64,000 nucleotides of DNA from Lama glama. Taxonomy: Eukaryota. The stretch lies in contig CM052818.1 of NCBI GenBank assembly GCA_028534125.1, positions 6,512,001 to 6,576,000 of the forward strand, in the 5' to 3' direction. The position numbers and the translations under genes are program-made. Positions 63,906 through 64,000 of the stretch are shown in pieces (within the stretch, counting starts at the first letter, position 1; every line of letters starts with the position of its first letter). The notes below the pieces were generated by a model. The model was given only the letters and a program-made list of their open reading frames with translations. It did no database searches and had not been told where the DNA came from.

Positions 63906-64000
63906 GCCATCTCAAGTTCTTGTTAAGAAGTCATTGTGATTTGGGAGTTTTTCATTGTTAGTTCACATTAGCTGTAAGGTCAGAGACTCCTTCGTGGGAC

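Larger units (their letters stand above)
41165..64000 (+). other. SPRED2: SPRED2 intron 1 (partial)
   Basis: Begins GTAAGT. I found no sequence encoding the expected exon 2 (DSYIVRVKAVVMTRDD...) in the remainder of the window. Confidence 0.85.

Overview
Mammalian genomic DNA, probably a camelid (inferred from several copies of a tRNA-derived SINE resembling the camelid vic-1 family, plus cetartiodactyl-type L1 3' ends). The window holds the 5' end of SPRED2 on the + strand. A CpG-island promoter spans ~40100-42600, and exon 1 has 26 coding nt (41139-41164, MTEETHPD plus 2 nt) followed by a GTAAGT donor. The rest of the window is intron 1; exon 2 is not present. Upstream lie ~36 kb of repeat-rich intergenic DNA (MIR, L1, L2, MaLR/ERV1 LTRs, hAT and Tc1/mariner elements) and a second CpG island at ~36750-38060 with a minus-strand TATA box. 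Main observations: (1) a ~1.97 kb 5'-truncated processed paxillin (PXN) retrocopy with an 11-bp target-site duplication (TSD), lying antisense in SPRED2 intron 1; (2) a stack of uORFs in the SPRED2 leader, including a start-stop element and a 14-codon uORF ending 8 nt before the main ATG; (3) a 90-bp polyadenylated micro-retrocopy and an L1 3' transduction. None of the ORFs in the supplied track looks like a real protein. I see no evidence of a wholly new multi-gene system. Repeat family names and gene identities were recognised by eye and need RepeatMasker/BLAST confirmation; most repeat boundaries are approximate.
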